Positions 19,291 to 28,584 of a stretch of 64,000 bases of DNA are shown here, piece after piece. Source of the stretch: an uncultured Candidatus Saccharibacteria bacterium. GTDB taxonomy: Bacteria; Patescibacteriota; Minisyncoccia; Minisyncoccales; JAGGSE01. How positions within the stretch are numbered: position 1 is the stretch's first letter; every line of letters starts with the position of its first letter. The translations under genes were made by a program, and so were the position numbers. Under the pieces are notes generated by a model, which saw nothing but the letters and a program-made list of their open reading frames with translations, ran no database searches and was not told the DNA's origin. Location: positions 7,111-71,110 of the forward strand of contig CAZPZY010000001.1 in the NCBI GenBank assembly GCA_964591195.1, in the 5' to 3' direction.

Positions 19291-20159
19291 TTGGGGCAAA
19301 AATGAGCGGAGCGCCCTCCGATTTTCTGACGCTTGATTATGGCACCACATCTTGGACACCTTTGTCCCTCTTTCCGGTAAACCTTTATTACCCTGTCAAA
19401 CCCTCCCTTAGCGCCCCAGGGCAGGCGATAGTCAGAAACAGAGGCACCTTGAAGTTTTATTCCCAGAGATAAAATTTTCTTCATTGCTGAATAAATCTCC
19501 TTTAGTTCCTTTTCATTTAATTCCCTTATCTTCCTAAAGGGATTAATTCTCGCCTCAAATAAAATCTCATCAGAATAGATATTGCCAATTCCGGCAATTA
19601 CACCTTGGTCCATTAACACCTGTTTAATCGCTTTATTTTTCTTTTTCAAAACACCTTCCTTGAACTTCTCAAAGGTAAAACTTTTGTCTAATGGTTCCGG
19701 ACCCAGAGAACCTAATTCCTTTTTCAGTTCCTCTTCACTTAAGACCTCTAACTTGGCAAATTTTCTTAAATCAGAGAGGGCTAATTGCTTCCCGTTATCT
19801 AAATAAAATATCAGGTGTAAAAACCTGTTCATCGGGTCCTCGGTCAAAGGACCTTTAACAAGAGCCTGCCATTTATTGTCTTGCCGTTTCCATTCTCCCA
19901 AAAGCAGATGACCTGTTAATTTTTGGTGGATTAGGAGATTTTTACCAGAGGACAACCCAAAAATAATATTTTTTCCTCTCCGCCAAATTTTTTTAATTTT
20001 CTTGCCCTTGATCTCCTTTTTGAACTGAAGAAGGTCTTTGGGCTTTTTAATAAGCGAGGGGCTGTCAGTCCAAATGTCTAAAAAAACAGCCCCTAATATC
20101 CGGGGTCTGGTTTTCTTTAATATATTAATAGTAGTTTCCACCTCAGGAAGCTCAGGCAT
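19278..20159 (-). CDS. mutM: formamidopyrimidine-DNA glycosylase (Fpg/MutM)
   Basis: N-terminal MPELPEVE catalytic Pro2/Glu3; C-terminal zinc finger [25 protein letters not shown]. Confidence 0.85.
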   Translation of the reverse strand: [293 protein letters not shown]

Positions 20160-20173
20160 TTACAACTGTAAAA

Positions 20174-20542
20174 TTACTTAATAATGTTCCTTATTTTTTC
20201 AACGATTTCCCCGGGTGTGAAATGGGCTTTAATCAGATAGTCAGTTGCCCCCATCTTCAAACCCTTCTCAATGTCTTCTTTCTGACCCAAATTTGAAAGA
20301 ATGATTACGGGAATTAAACTGGAGGCGGGGTCTTCTTTTATCTTGCTTAAAACCTCAAATCCATCCATCTCAGGCAAGATAAGATCGAGCAGAATTAGGT
20401 CTGGCTTTGTTTCCTTTGTCTTTTTAACCCCCTCTTCTCCGTCTACTGCCTCTGAAACCTCATAACCATCTTTAGCCAATTTTTTGGCTATCAGTTCTCT
20501 CAAAAATTTGTCGTCCTCAATAATTAAAATTTTCTTTGCCAT
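20174..20542 (-). CDS. single-domain response regulator (REC only)
   Basis: KILIIEDD...DLILLDLILPEMDGF...ATDYLIK CheY-like receiver motifs; 122 aa. Confidence 0.8.
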   Translation of the reverse strand: MAKKILIIEDDKFLRELIAKKLAKDGYEVSEAVDGEEGVKKTKETKPDLILLDLILPEMDGFEVLSKIKEDPASSLIPVIILSNLGQKEDIEKGLKMGATDYLIKAHFTPGEIVEKIRNIIK

Positions 20543-20557
20543 ATTTAATGCGCGTTA

Positions 20558-20929
20558 TCATTTACCGATTTGTTTGACCACCTTTTTTAACACCTCTTCC
20601 GGGTCAAACTCGGTTTTGATTAGCCAGTCCTTCGCTCCCAATTCCTGAGCCCTACCTATCTCTACCGGTTGCCCGGAGTTGGAAATGATAATTACCGGAA
20701 TTTTCTTAAGATTTTCCTCTTTATTCATTTCTTCCATTACCTGAAACCCGCTCATTTTTGGCATAATAACATCAAGCAAGACAAGGTTTGGTCTCTCCTT
20801 CTTTATCATTTTTAATCCCTCTTCTCCGTTTCTTGCCAACAAAACACCATAGCCCTCTTTTTTCAATCTCTTTTGAAGAAGGTCCGACAGTATCTCCTCA
20901 TCTTCAACTATTAAAATTTTTTTTGCCAT
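20558..20929 (-). CDS. single-domain response regulator (REC only)
   Basis: KILIVEDE...LVLLDVIMPKMSGF...AKDWLIK receiver motifs; 123 aa. Confidence 0.8.
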   Translation of the reverse strand: MAKKILIVEDEEILSDLLQKRLKKEGYGVLLARNGEEGLKMIKKERPNLVLLDVIMPKMSGFQVMEEMNKEENLKKIPVIIISNSGQPVEIGRAQELGAKDWLIKTEFDPEEVLKKVVKQIGK

Positions 20930-20983
20930 CGTTTTTTGTCTTGAATTCTTTTACCTAATTCTACTACTTTCAGGGGAAGAATG

Positions 20984-22306
20984 TCAAGTCAAGGGTAAAG
21001 AAAAGTGAAACACAGACCCCTTGTTTTCCTCTGATTCTGCCCAGATTTTCCCCCGGTGTGCCTCAATAATATTTTTGGAAATAAATAGCCCCAGGCCGGT
21101 TCCTTCTGTTTCCATTCTCACTGCATTTGCCCCTCTAAAAAATTTAGTAAAGAGTCTGTCCTGTTGTTCCTTGGGAATACCTATACCCGTATCCCTTACG
21201 GAAAATTCTATCTCTTTCTTCTTCCGCTTAAGAGAAACAACAATTTTTCCTCCCGGGGGAGTGTATCTAACAGCGTTTTCCAGAAGGTTTTGAATCACCA
21301 AACTAATTTTTTCCTCATCAAGTTTAATCTGCGGTAGTTTTCCCTTTGGTCTTTTGAATTCAAACTTTATCTTTTTTCTCTTAATCTCTGCCTTGTGAGA
21401 ATTAATCACCGCCTGGCATATTTTTGTCAGATCGCGAAAAGCCGGCTTATAGATATATCTGCCTTCCTCAATCCTGGCAACGTCCAAAAGGTCGTTAACC
21501 AGATTAATCATCCGTTCATTGGACTGATAGGTTTTTTGAAGAAATCTCTTTTGTTCCTCAGTCAGGGGGCCCATATCCTCTGCCAAAATCATTCCCAAAC
21601 TCCATTTTATCGCTGACAGTGGAGTCCTTAATTGATGAGCGGCTACAGATACAAATTCGGTCTTCATTCTCTCTATCCGTTTTTCGTGGGTAATATCATG
21701 GAGTACAAGCAAACTTCCTATTCTTTCTTTCTCTCTTGTTATTGGGCTCGTTGTTATCTCCAGAATTAGGTTTTCATGGAGTTTAACCTCTTCTCGGAAG
21801 ACCTTTTTCTTTTTTTCGACTACCTGAACGACCAGTTTTAAGGAAGAAAAACGGCTCAAATTAGCAAGGGATTCTCCTTCTATCTCTTCCGCCCTAATGC
21901 CTAAAATCTCTTCCGCCTGAGAATTAACCAATGAAACCCTGTTGTCGGAATCAAAAACCAAAAGCCCGTCGGTTAGGTTGGCAATGATGGCAAGCGTCTT
22001 GTTTCTTTCCTCCTCAGCCTTCTTTCTGGCCTCATCAATATCTTCCAATATATTCAGCAGTGCCTTTCTCGCATCTTTTAGTTCTTTGGTCTTTTTTTCT
22101 AGCTGCTCTACCTTCCTTTTAATATCTGCCGCCTTGGCTATTTCCCTTATTCTCAAGACCATTTCTCTCTCCTTGGCTGCTTCCAGTTCTTTTATCTTTC
22201 GCTCCAATTCTTCTTTAACCCGAGTTAATTCAAGGTCTCTCCGGAGTAGCGTTTTCGTACCCTTCCTTAATTCTTCAGATTTAAATTCTTCTTGCTTTTC
22301 TCCCAT
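20984..22306 (-). CDS. cytoplasmic histidine kinase (N-terminal coiled coil, PAS, HisKA, HATPase_c)
   Basis: H-box AAHQLRTPLSAI; N/G boxes NLLENAVRYT, DTGIGI, GTGLGLFISKNIIEAHRG. Confidence 0.8.
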   Translation of the reverse strand: MGEKQEEFKSEELRKGTKTLLRRDLELTRVKEELERKIKELEAAKEREMVLRIREIAKAADIKRKVEQLEKKTKELKDARKALLNILEDIDEARKKAEEERNKTLAIIANLTDGLLVFDSDNRVSLVNSQAEEILGIRAEEIEGESLANLSRFSSLKLVVQVVEKKKKVFREEVKLHENLILEITTSPITREKERIGSLLVLHDITHEKRIERMKTEFVSVAAHQLRTPLSAIKWSLGMILAEDMGPLTEEQKRFLQKTYQSNERMINLVNDLLDVARIEEGRYIYKPAFRDLTKICQAVINSHKAEIKRKKIKFEFKRPKGKLPQIKLDEEKISLVIQNLLENAVRYTPPGGKIVVSLKRKKKEIEFSVRDTGIGIPKEQQDRLFTKFFRGANAVRMETEGTGLGLFISKNIIEAHRGKIWAESEENKGSVFHFSLPLT

Positions 22307-23274
22307 TATTTTTGTTTTTGGTCCTTATATTTTTCTAATTCCTCTTTTAATTTCTTAATCTCCTTCTTTAGTTCTATCATTCTCAATTCCCGGCCAACAG
22401 TTAATTTTTGAAATCTTTCCAATTCTGTCAATCTTTCCTGAAGTTCTTTTGTCCTTTCCTTAACCTTTTCTTCCAAACTCTCGGTCAGCTTTCTTAATTC
22501 TTTGGTCCTTTCTTGAACCTTTACCTCCAACCCCGCCTTCTCTTTTTCCAGGGCCTCTTTTGATTTTCTTAAATCCTCAACTGTTCTGTTAAAGGTATCA
22601 GCCAATTCTCCTATTTCTGTTTTTGACCTAACCTTAACCTTTACCTTAAGGTTCCCTTCTCTGATTTTCTGACAGGCACGGTTTAATTTTCTCAAGGGGG
22701 TCACTATTTCCCTTAAGAGAATGACTAAAATCAAAATAGTTATCAACAAGCCGCTCCCTGTGATTAAAAAGTCCCTTATCCACATATCTCTAATGGTTTT
22801 CTCTATGCTAGCCAGGGTAAACCCGACCCAGATGGTCTTGTTTTGGTAGCCAGGATAAATAATCAACTTTGTTTTTTCCCCTTCAAAAAAACTATCTTTA
22901 ATTAGCGGCTTTTGTGTGCTAATTACCTTTAGGATGTCAGGTTCTTTAATAATCCTTCCCCATTCTTTTTCAATACTGCTTTTATAAATAGTCCCATCTT
23001 GATTGACCACCCGGATATATTTCACATCTTTAAAGGTAGCCAGTTCTCCAATGAGGGCTTTTTCCATTCCGGGCACCAGAGCCAATCTATAAACCCAAAT
23101 CGGAGATGCCAAAGATTCATTTAGTGTCTCGGCTAGATGAATCTTTTCCCTAATTGCCGTTTCAATCAAATCCTTTTTATGCTGACTAATAGAGAAATAA
23201 ACAGAAGCAAAATTAGCAGTAATTAAAATTCCGAAAACAACAAAAATAATGGTGTAGAGTGAATGTTTTCTCAT
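22306..23274 (-). CDS. membrane sensor protein: TM, periplasmic domain, TM, HAMP, long coiled coil; no kinase domain
   Basis: Two hydrophobic segments flank a ~150-aa extracytoplasmic region; HAMP-like segment; stop TAA overlaps the ATG of the downstream kinase (TAATG). Confidence 0.6.
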   Translation of the reverse strand: MRKHSLYTIIFVVFGILITANFASVYFSISQHKKDLIETAIREKIHLAETLNESLASPIWVYRLALVPGMEKALIGELATFKDVKYIRVVNQDGTIYKSSIEKEWGRIIKEPDILKVISTQKPLIKDSFFEGEKTKLIIYPGYQNKTIWVGFTLASIEKTIRDMWIRDFLITGSGLLITILILVILLREIVTPLRKLNRACQKIREGNLKVKVKVRSKTEIGELADTFNRTVEDLRKSKEALEKEKAGLEVKVQERTKELRKLTESLEEKVKERTKELQERLTELERFQKLTVGRELRMIELKKEIKKLKEELEKYKDQKQK

Positions 23275-23278
23275 AAAC

Positions 23279-24223
23279 CTACTCTGGAATGGCTGATGAG
23301 CTGTGGCTGGCAGATACTACATCAATAAAAAGGTCTGAGAATTTTTTTGCTTTTTCCTTGCTTACCCCCAATTTCAATAATTCTTTTTCTGATAGAGATG
23401 CCCCTTGGTCAACGGCAACTATTTTGTAGGAAGGAAACCTTGATTTTAGCCAGATACCCAGTTCATAAGGGGTGATAAAGACCGGGTTAAAGAGTTGGCC
23501 CCATTTTCTAAAATCAGACAGAGACAATGAATCAAAACGCCCGTTGGTAAATAAAATCAAATCTATTTTTTTCAGTTGAACCAGTTCTTGATATTTCCGA
23601 GGGAAATTCAAATTGTACTGGATCTCCGGGTCAATTAAAATCCTGGCCCCCTTTGGGCTTTCAAGCAACCAGGCACCATGACCCAACCACTCGGTCTTAA
23701 CCCCTAACAATTCTTTTTCTTCTCCTATTTGAAATTTTAGGGCTTTGCTTCTCAGATCATATTTTTCCAGCTCTTTAAAAAATTCCTCCGGGTTTTTGAC
23801 TAACTCAGGAAAACTAGCATAACGGTCAGGCACAATATAAGAAGAGGGACCAATCAAACAAGCGGCATAGGCAGCGGCTTTAGGGCTTAGGCTATAGATA
23901 TTTCCAATTGGCAAAAAGGCAACATCTGGTTTATAAAACCTACCTATTAGTTGCAGATTAGAATCCAGCCCTGTAGGTCCGGAAAAATAAAATTTGGTTC
24001 CATTTTCAAACCCTATTACATAACCCACTGCTTCTCCTGTATAAATATAAGGGGCGACCCTTTTTTCTAAGAGCGCCTCTTTCCTGTCTAGGTTCTCCAT
24101 TGTTTTTTCTATTCTTTCCAAACTGATTTTCAGATTATTGGAAACACTAATGGCTAAAAAAATTCCAGTTAAAGATATAATTAAGACGCTAATTAAAATA
24201 GTGAGGATAAATTTGTTGCTCAT
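23279..24223 (-). CDS. membrane-anchored MBL-fold (Lactamase_B_3-like) protein, apparently circularly permuted and lacking the His metal site
   Basis: GPTGLDSNLQLIGRFYKPDVAFLPIGNIYSL...SYIVP (normally the C-terminal part of the fold) precedes WLGHGAWLLESPKGARILIDP...IDLILFTNGRFDSL (normally the N-terminal part; HxHxDH replaced by TNGRFD). Confidence 0.45.
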   Translation of the reverse strand: MSNKFILTILISVLIISLTGIFLAISVSNNLKISLERIEKTMENLDRKEALLEKRVAPYIYTGEAVGYVIGFENGTKFYFSGPTGLDSNLQLIGRFYKPDVAFLPIGNIYSLSPKAAAYAACLIGPSSYIVPDRYASFPELVKNPEEFFKELEKYDLRSKALKFQIGEEKELLGVKTEWLGHGAWLLESPKGARILIDPEIQYNLNFPRKYQELVQLKKIDLILFTNGRFDSLSLSDFRKWGQLFNPVFITPYELGIWLKSRFPSYKIVAVDQGASLSEKELLKLGVSKEKAKKFSDLFIDVVSASHSSSAIPE

Positions 24224-24302
24224 ACTATTTTTATTTTAGCATTTTTTTCTCAAAAGAAAAATGGGGCTGATAAAAAGCCCCATTTTTCTTCTTTTGTTCT
24301 GA

Positions 24303-25457
24303 TTACTTCAGTTCAAAGACCGAAAGGGAAGAGTCCTCAAATCCAGCCACATAGACATATGGTCCTGAGACATAAACTGACCAAGCGCCACCCAAGTAAT
24401 ATGGAGCGCCCCTCCCTTGAATGGAATCCACCAAGGTTGGTTTTTTCGGGTTGCTGATATCAAAGACTGAGAGAGCGCTGTCCTTAGCAGAGGCAACATA
24501 GGCATATTTCCCGGAAACAAAGACAGAAGAGGCACCTCCCAAAAAGTAGGGACTGCCGGCTCCGTGAACATTGCCCAAAAACAGGGGAGCAGTTGGGTCA
24601 GAGACATCAAAAATAGTCAGGGAATTGTCATACATTGAAGCAACATATGCCTTATTTCCAGAGACAAAAACTGAGGTTGCTCCGTCAAGATAATTTGGAT
24701 AACCGGCTCCTCTGGCAGTACCGACATGTTTTGGATGGGTTGGATCGGAAACATCAGAAACGCTCAAGGCATCATCACCAGCCGTAGCCACATAGGCATG
24801 GTTATGGCTTACAGCAACAGAACTGGCTCCGTCTAGGTAGGGGGATGCCTTGCCGGCAACCGAACCAAGATACTTCGGATTGCTTGGGTCGGAAACATCA
24901 ATCAAGGTCAGGGCCTTATCATCAAAGGCGGCAACATAGGCAATGTTCTTAACCACACAAACCGAGTTTGCTCCGTCAAGATAATTGGGGGAACCAGCAC
25001 CAGAAATGACTCCTAGGTGCTTTGGATTTTCCGGGTCAGAGACATCAAAAATAGTCAGGGCGTCATCTAAATAGGAAGCAACATAGGCACGGTTCCCAGA
25101 GACAAAAACAGAATCTGCTCCACCCAAGTAGTAGGGGGCCCCTGCTCCTTTCAATACCTTTACCAATTTAGGATGAGAAGGGTCGGAGATATCAAAGACT
25201 GAAAGAGCACTGTCCTGCAGAGAAGCAGTAAAGGCATAATTTCCTGCAATATGAACAGAACTTACCCCCTTCAAGAAATTTGGAGAGCCGCCTCCTGAAA
25301 TCTTTCCTACAAACTCAAGATTCCCCTTCTGAACTGGCGGCGGCAGTGGAGGAGTAGGGGATGGTGGCGAGGGCTTTCTCAACCAGATAAAGGAAAAACC
25401 GACAAAGGCAACAACTACAACGATAAATACTAACCAATAAATCTTATTATCCTTCAT
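24303..25457 (-). CDS. secreted LVIVD-repeat beta-propeller protein (seven ~43-aa repeats)
   Basis: Seven repeats of G-A-G-x-P-x-Y-L-x-G-A-x-S-V-x-V-S-G-N-x-A-Y-V-A-...-D-x-A-L-T-I-F-D-V-S-D-P-x-x-P-K; N-terminal TM/signal followed by a Pro-rich linker. Confidence 0.7.
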   Translation of the reverse strand: MKDNKIYWLVFIVVVVAFVGFSFIWLRKPSPPSPTPPLPPPVQKGNLEFVGKISGGGSPNFLKGVSSVHIAGNYAFTASLQDSALSVFDISDPSHPKLVKVLKGAGAPYYLGGADSVFVSGNRAYVASYLDDALTIFDVSDPENPKHLGVISGAGSPNYLDGANSVCVVKNIAYVAAFDDKALTLIDVSDPSNPKYLGSVAGKASPYLDGASSVAVSHNHAYVATAGDDALSVSDVSDPTHPKHVGTARGAGYPNYLDGATSVFVSGNKAYVASMYDNSLTIFDVSDPTAPLFLGNVHGAGSPYFLGGASSVFVSGKYAYVASAKDSALSVFDISNPKKPTLVDSIQGRGAPYYLGGAWSVYVSGPYVYVAGFEDSSLSVFELK

Positions 25458-25536
25458 ATTTTCCCCTCATTTTTTATATATGCTCGACCTTTTTTATTTT
25501 TCGACCTTTAATGTATTTTAGCAAATTGGAGGAAAA

Positions 25537-26439
25537 TTAAAAGTGCAAAGAAAGGGTCGGCTCGGGCAATTTTTCGGTCAAACTATAAAATTCAAATTTC
25601 TTTAGGCCCTCAATTGCCTTTTTTCTGTTGTATTTTTCAAAACTACATTCCTCTAAACCTATTCTTAAGGGAATGTCTTTTTTGATTTTAGCCAAATCTT
25701 TTGACAAAAAGGCATCTTTTTTATGCCTTAATAACAACTCTTTTATCTTTTGCCTAATCTTTTTTGCCTTTTCAGAGTTTTCCTCCAGTTCTCTATATAA
25801 ATCTTCCAAATTCTCAAATCTCTTGAGAAGGTCTATGGCTGTTTTCTCTCCTATCCCGGCAACCCCGGGAATGTTGTCAGAAGGATCTCCCCTAAGCGCC
25901 TTAAAATCAACAATCTGAGAGGGAAAAATTCCGTATTCTTCTTTAACCCTGTTTTGGTCGTACAAATGGGCGTTCTTGATTCCTCTTTTCAAAAGAAAAA
26001 CCTTTGTTCTTGAATCAATCAACTGCAAAATATCCATATCCCCGCTCAAGATAATCACCTCAATATCCGGAGGACTAATTTTAGAAATGGTCCCTATCAG
26101 GTCGTCTGCCTCAAATCCTTTTTTTTCAAAAATTGGGACGCCAAAAGCGGCTAAGACCTCCTTTACCTTTGGAATCTGAGAAACCAGATCTTTAGGTGTG
26201 GGGGGTCTTTTTGCTTTGTATTCCTTAAACCTTTTGTGACGGAAGGTTGGTCCTGGGGAATCAAAACAGGCAGCAATAAAATCGGGCTGAAACTCCCTTA
26301 TTGCTTTCAAAAAAACCAACAAAAATCCATAAACAGCGTTGACCGGCTCGGCCTTCTTTGTGGTAAGTAGAGGAAGGGCGTGGTATGCCCGATGAATAAG
26401 AGAATTGGCATCAATAAGAACAAGCCGCTTTCTCTGCAT
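25537..26439 (-). CDS. stand-alone 5'-3' exonuclease / flap endonuclease (Pol I N-terminal-domain type)
   Basis: LVLIDANSLIHRAYHAL start; acidic metal-site clusters; H3TH-like region; 300 aa. Confidence 0.8.
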   Translation of the reverse strand: MQRKRLVLIDANSLIHRAYHALPLLTTKKAEPVNAVYGFLLVFLKAIREFQPDFIAACFDSPGPTFRHKRFKEYKAKRPPTPKDLVSQIPKVKEVLAAFGVPIFEKKGFEADDLIGTISKISPPDIEVIILSGDMDILQLIDSRTKVFLLKRGIKNAHLYDQNRVKEEYGIFPSQIVDFKALRGDPSDNIPGVAGIGEKTAIDLLKRFENLEDLYRELEENSEKAKKIRQKIKELLLRHKKDAFLSKDLAKIKKDIPLRIGLEECSFEKYNRKKAIEGLKKFEFYSLTEKLPEPTLSLHF

Positions 26440-26526
26440 AATCCCATTTTAGTTAATTTTAGCCAAAACTGTCAAGGACTTCCATTCTTTTCAAAAATAG
26501 GATAAACTATACCTGTCAGGTATTTT

Positions 26527-27807
26527 ATGGACGTATCGCTATCATCATCCATTTCTAATGTAGTAAAAGAAATAAAGAATGTCCCGGGATTCAAGAAGAA
26601 GATAGAAAACGCTCTTCAAAAAAACATTACTGAACTTTTTGCAATTATCCTGGGAGGAGCCATTGGCTTAAGGGCCTCCGACATTCATATTGAGCCGCGA
26701 AAAGAAACAGTCCGGCTCCGTCTCAGAATTGATGGAATCCTGCAGGATGTAATCCTTATCAGTCCTAAAATCTATCACTCTCTTCTTTCCAGAATAAAAT
26801 TTGTCTCGGGATTAAAATTAAATGTAAGTGACCGGCCCCAGGATGGAAGATTCTCAATTATTCAAGGAGAAAGGAAAATTGAAACCAGGGTCTCAAGCCT
26901 CCCCTCTGATTTTGGAGAATCAATAGTAATGCGATTGCTAGATCCGAGAAATCTGATTGAGATAGAACAACTTGGCTTAAGAAAGGACCTGTTGGCACTT
27001 TTCAAAAAACAAATAAAAAGACCAAACGGAATGATTTTGGTAACAGGTCCTACCGGCTCTGGTAAAACAACAACCCTCTATGCCTTTCTGAAGCGGATAC
27101 AAAATCCAGAGATAAAGATAATCACCATAGAAGACCCCATTGAGTACAAACTAAAAGGAATCACCCAAACCCAGGTCAATCATAAAAAGGGATATGACTT
27201 CGCCTCGGGCCTAAGGGCGCTTATGAGACAGGACCCGGATGTGATATTGGTTGGAGAAATCAGAGACCTGGAGACCGCTGAAATTGCCTGCGAGGCCGCT
27301 CTCACTGGTCACCTTGTTTTATCTACCCTCCACACAAACGACGCTGCCGGCGCTATAGCCCGGTTGGTTGACATAGGGGTCCGACCCATTTCAATTGCCC
27401 CGGCAATCAATATGGCTATTGCCCAGCGTCTTGTAAGAAGGGTCTGTAAAAAATGCGTAAGGTATGTCAAGCCCTCTAAGGAGGAAAGAAAAAAAATAAA
27501 AGAAGGGCTGGCAAATGTAAGAAAAGATATTATTCCTCCAGAATTTTTTGCCACCGACTTCAAAATTCCAAAGATACAAGGTTGTCCTGACTGCAATTTC
27601 ACTGGATACCGAGGAAGAACCGGCATTTATGAGGCATTCGTGGTGGATGACCAGATGAAGGAATTTATTTTAACAAACCCCTCAATAACAGCCACAAGAA
27701 ATTTAGCCATAAAAAAAGGAATGGTCTTAATGCATCAGGATGGATTGATTAAGGTGCTGGAGGGTATAACCACAATTGAAGAGGTGGAAAGGGTAACTGG
27801 AGAATAA
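26527..27807 (+). CDS. GspE/PilB-family secretion/pilus-assembly ATPase (short form)
   Basis: Walker A VTGPTGSGKTTT; GEIRDLETAEIA...TGHLVLSTLHTND; C-terminal Zn motif CPDCNFTGYRGRTGIYE. Confidence 0.85.
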   Translation: MDVSLSSSISNVVKEIKNVPGFKKKIENALQKNITELFAIILGGAIGLRASDIHIEPRKETVRLRLRIDGILQDVILISPKIYHSLLSRIKFVSGLKLNVSDRPQDGRFSIIQGERKIETRVSSLPSDFGESIVMRLLDPRNLIEIEQLGLRKDLLALFKKQIKRPNGMILVTGPTGSGKTTTLYAFLKRIQNPEIKIITIEDPIEYKLKGITQTQVNHKKGYDFASGLRALMRQDPDVILVGEIRDLETAEIACEAALTGHLVLSTLHTNDAAGAIARLVDIGVRPISIAPAINMAIAQRLVRRVCKKCVRYVKPSKEERKKIKEGLANVRKDIIPPEFFATDFKIPKIQGCPDCNFTGYRGRTGIYEAFVVDDQMKEFILTNPSITATRNLAIKKGMVLMHQDGLIKVLEGITTIEEVERVTGE

Positions 27808-27815
27808 ATATAAAT

Positions 27816-28520
27816 ATGAGGTTCTGGATCTTCGCCCTGCTTTTTAGTGCCCTTCCCTTCTTAATCAGAGCCGCCTCTCCTCTTGATATTGTTATCAATG
27901 AGATTGCCTGGATGGGCCAACCTGATTCTGCCAAAAATGAATGGATAGAACTGTACAATAACAGAGAAAAAGAGATAGATACCTCTGGTTGGAGCATTGA
28001 AAATGCCGGCATCAATAGAAAAACCTTGAAGATATCTAAGGGAAGGGTACCAGGCAATGGATTCTTCCTTATCTGCAGAAAGAAAATGCCAGATTGTGAT
28101 TTTATCGCCAAGGACCTCTCCCTTGCCAATGACTACTTGAAAAATGGTCCACTGATCTTAAAAGACAAAGCGGGCAACATCATTGATAAAACACCAAAAG
28201 CAAAAAACAAAAAATGGCCCGCTGGCTCTGTTAAGACCGGACAGACAATGGCAAGAAAAAATCCAAAAGACAAAGGGGATCTAATCAGCAATTGGCTAAC
28301 AAGCCAAAGAAGCGGAGGAACACCTAAGGCGAAGAATCTCTTCATTTCTCCAAAAATTAAAAATCAGGAAAGGCAGGAAAGGCAGGGCTTCAAAATTGAA
28401 AACCAAAATCATTCGCTGAAGAAAACCTCGCCTGATACAATGCTAATTGCCTTTTCCCTGGCTATCTTTTCAGGAACAGGGGCTGTTCTCCTTAAAAGAA
28501 AAATAAAAGGGACCTCCTAA
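27816..28520 (+). CDS. secreted lamin-tail-domain (LTD) protein with C-terminal TM anchor
   Basis: Signal peptide; LDIVINEIAWMGQPDSAKNEWIELYNN is the LTD signature; C-terminal hydrophobic segment followed by KRKIKG. Confidence 0.65.
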   Translation: MRFWIFALLFSALPFLIRAASPLDIVINEIAWMGQPDSAKNEWIELYNNREKEIDTSGWSIENAGINRKTLKISKGRVPGNGFFLICRKKMPDCDFIAKDLSLANDYLKNGPLILKDKAGNIIDKTPKAKNKKWPAGSVKTGQTMARKNPKDKGDLISNWLTSQRSGGTPKAKNLFISPKIKNQERQERQGFKIENQNHSLKKTSPDTMLIAFSLAIFSGTGAVLLKRKIKGTS

Positions 28521-28584
28521 AATTTGATTTTCCTTAAAAAAATGCTAAACTACTAATGTGTCCTATTTAACTATAATAATAATT

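Noticed and set aside
22300-22312. Frameshift pseudogene joining the HAMP sensor and kinase ORFs
   Set aside because: The TAATG stop/start overlap is a standard translational-coupling junction and both ORFs are intact. It is kept as an open alternative under findings rather than called a pseudogene.
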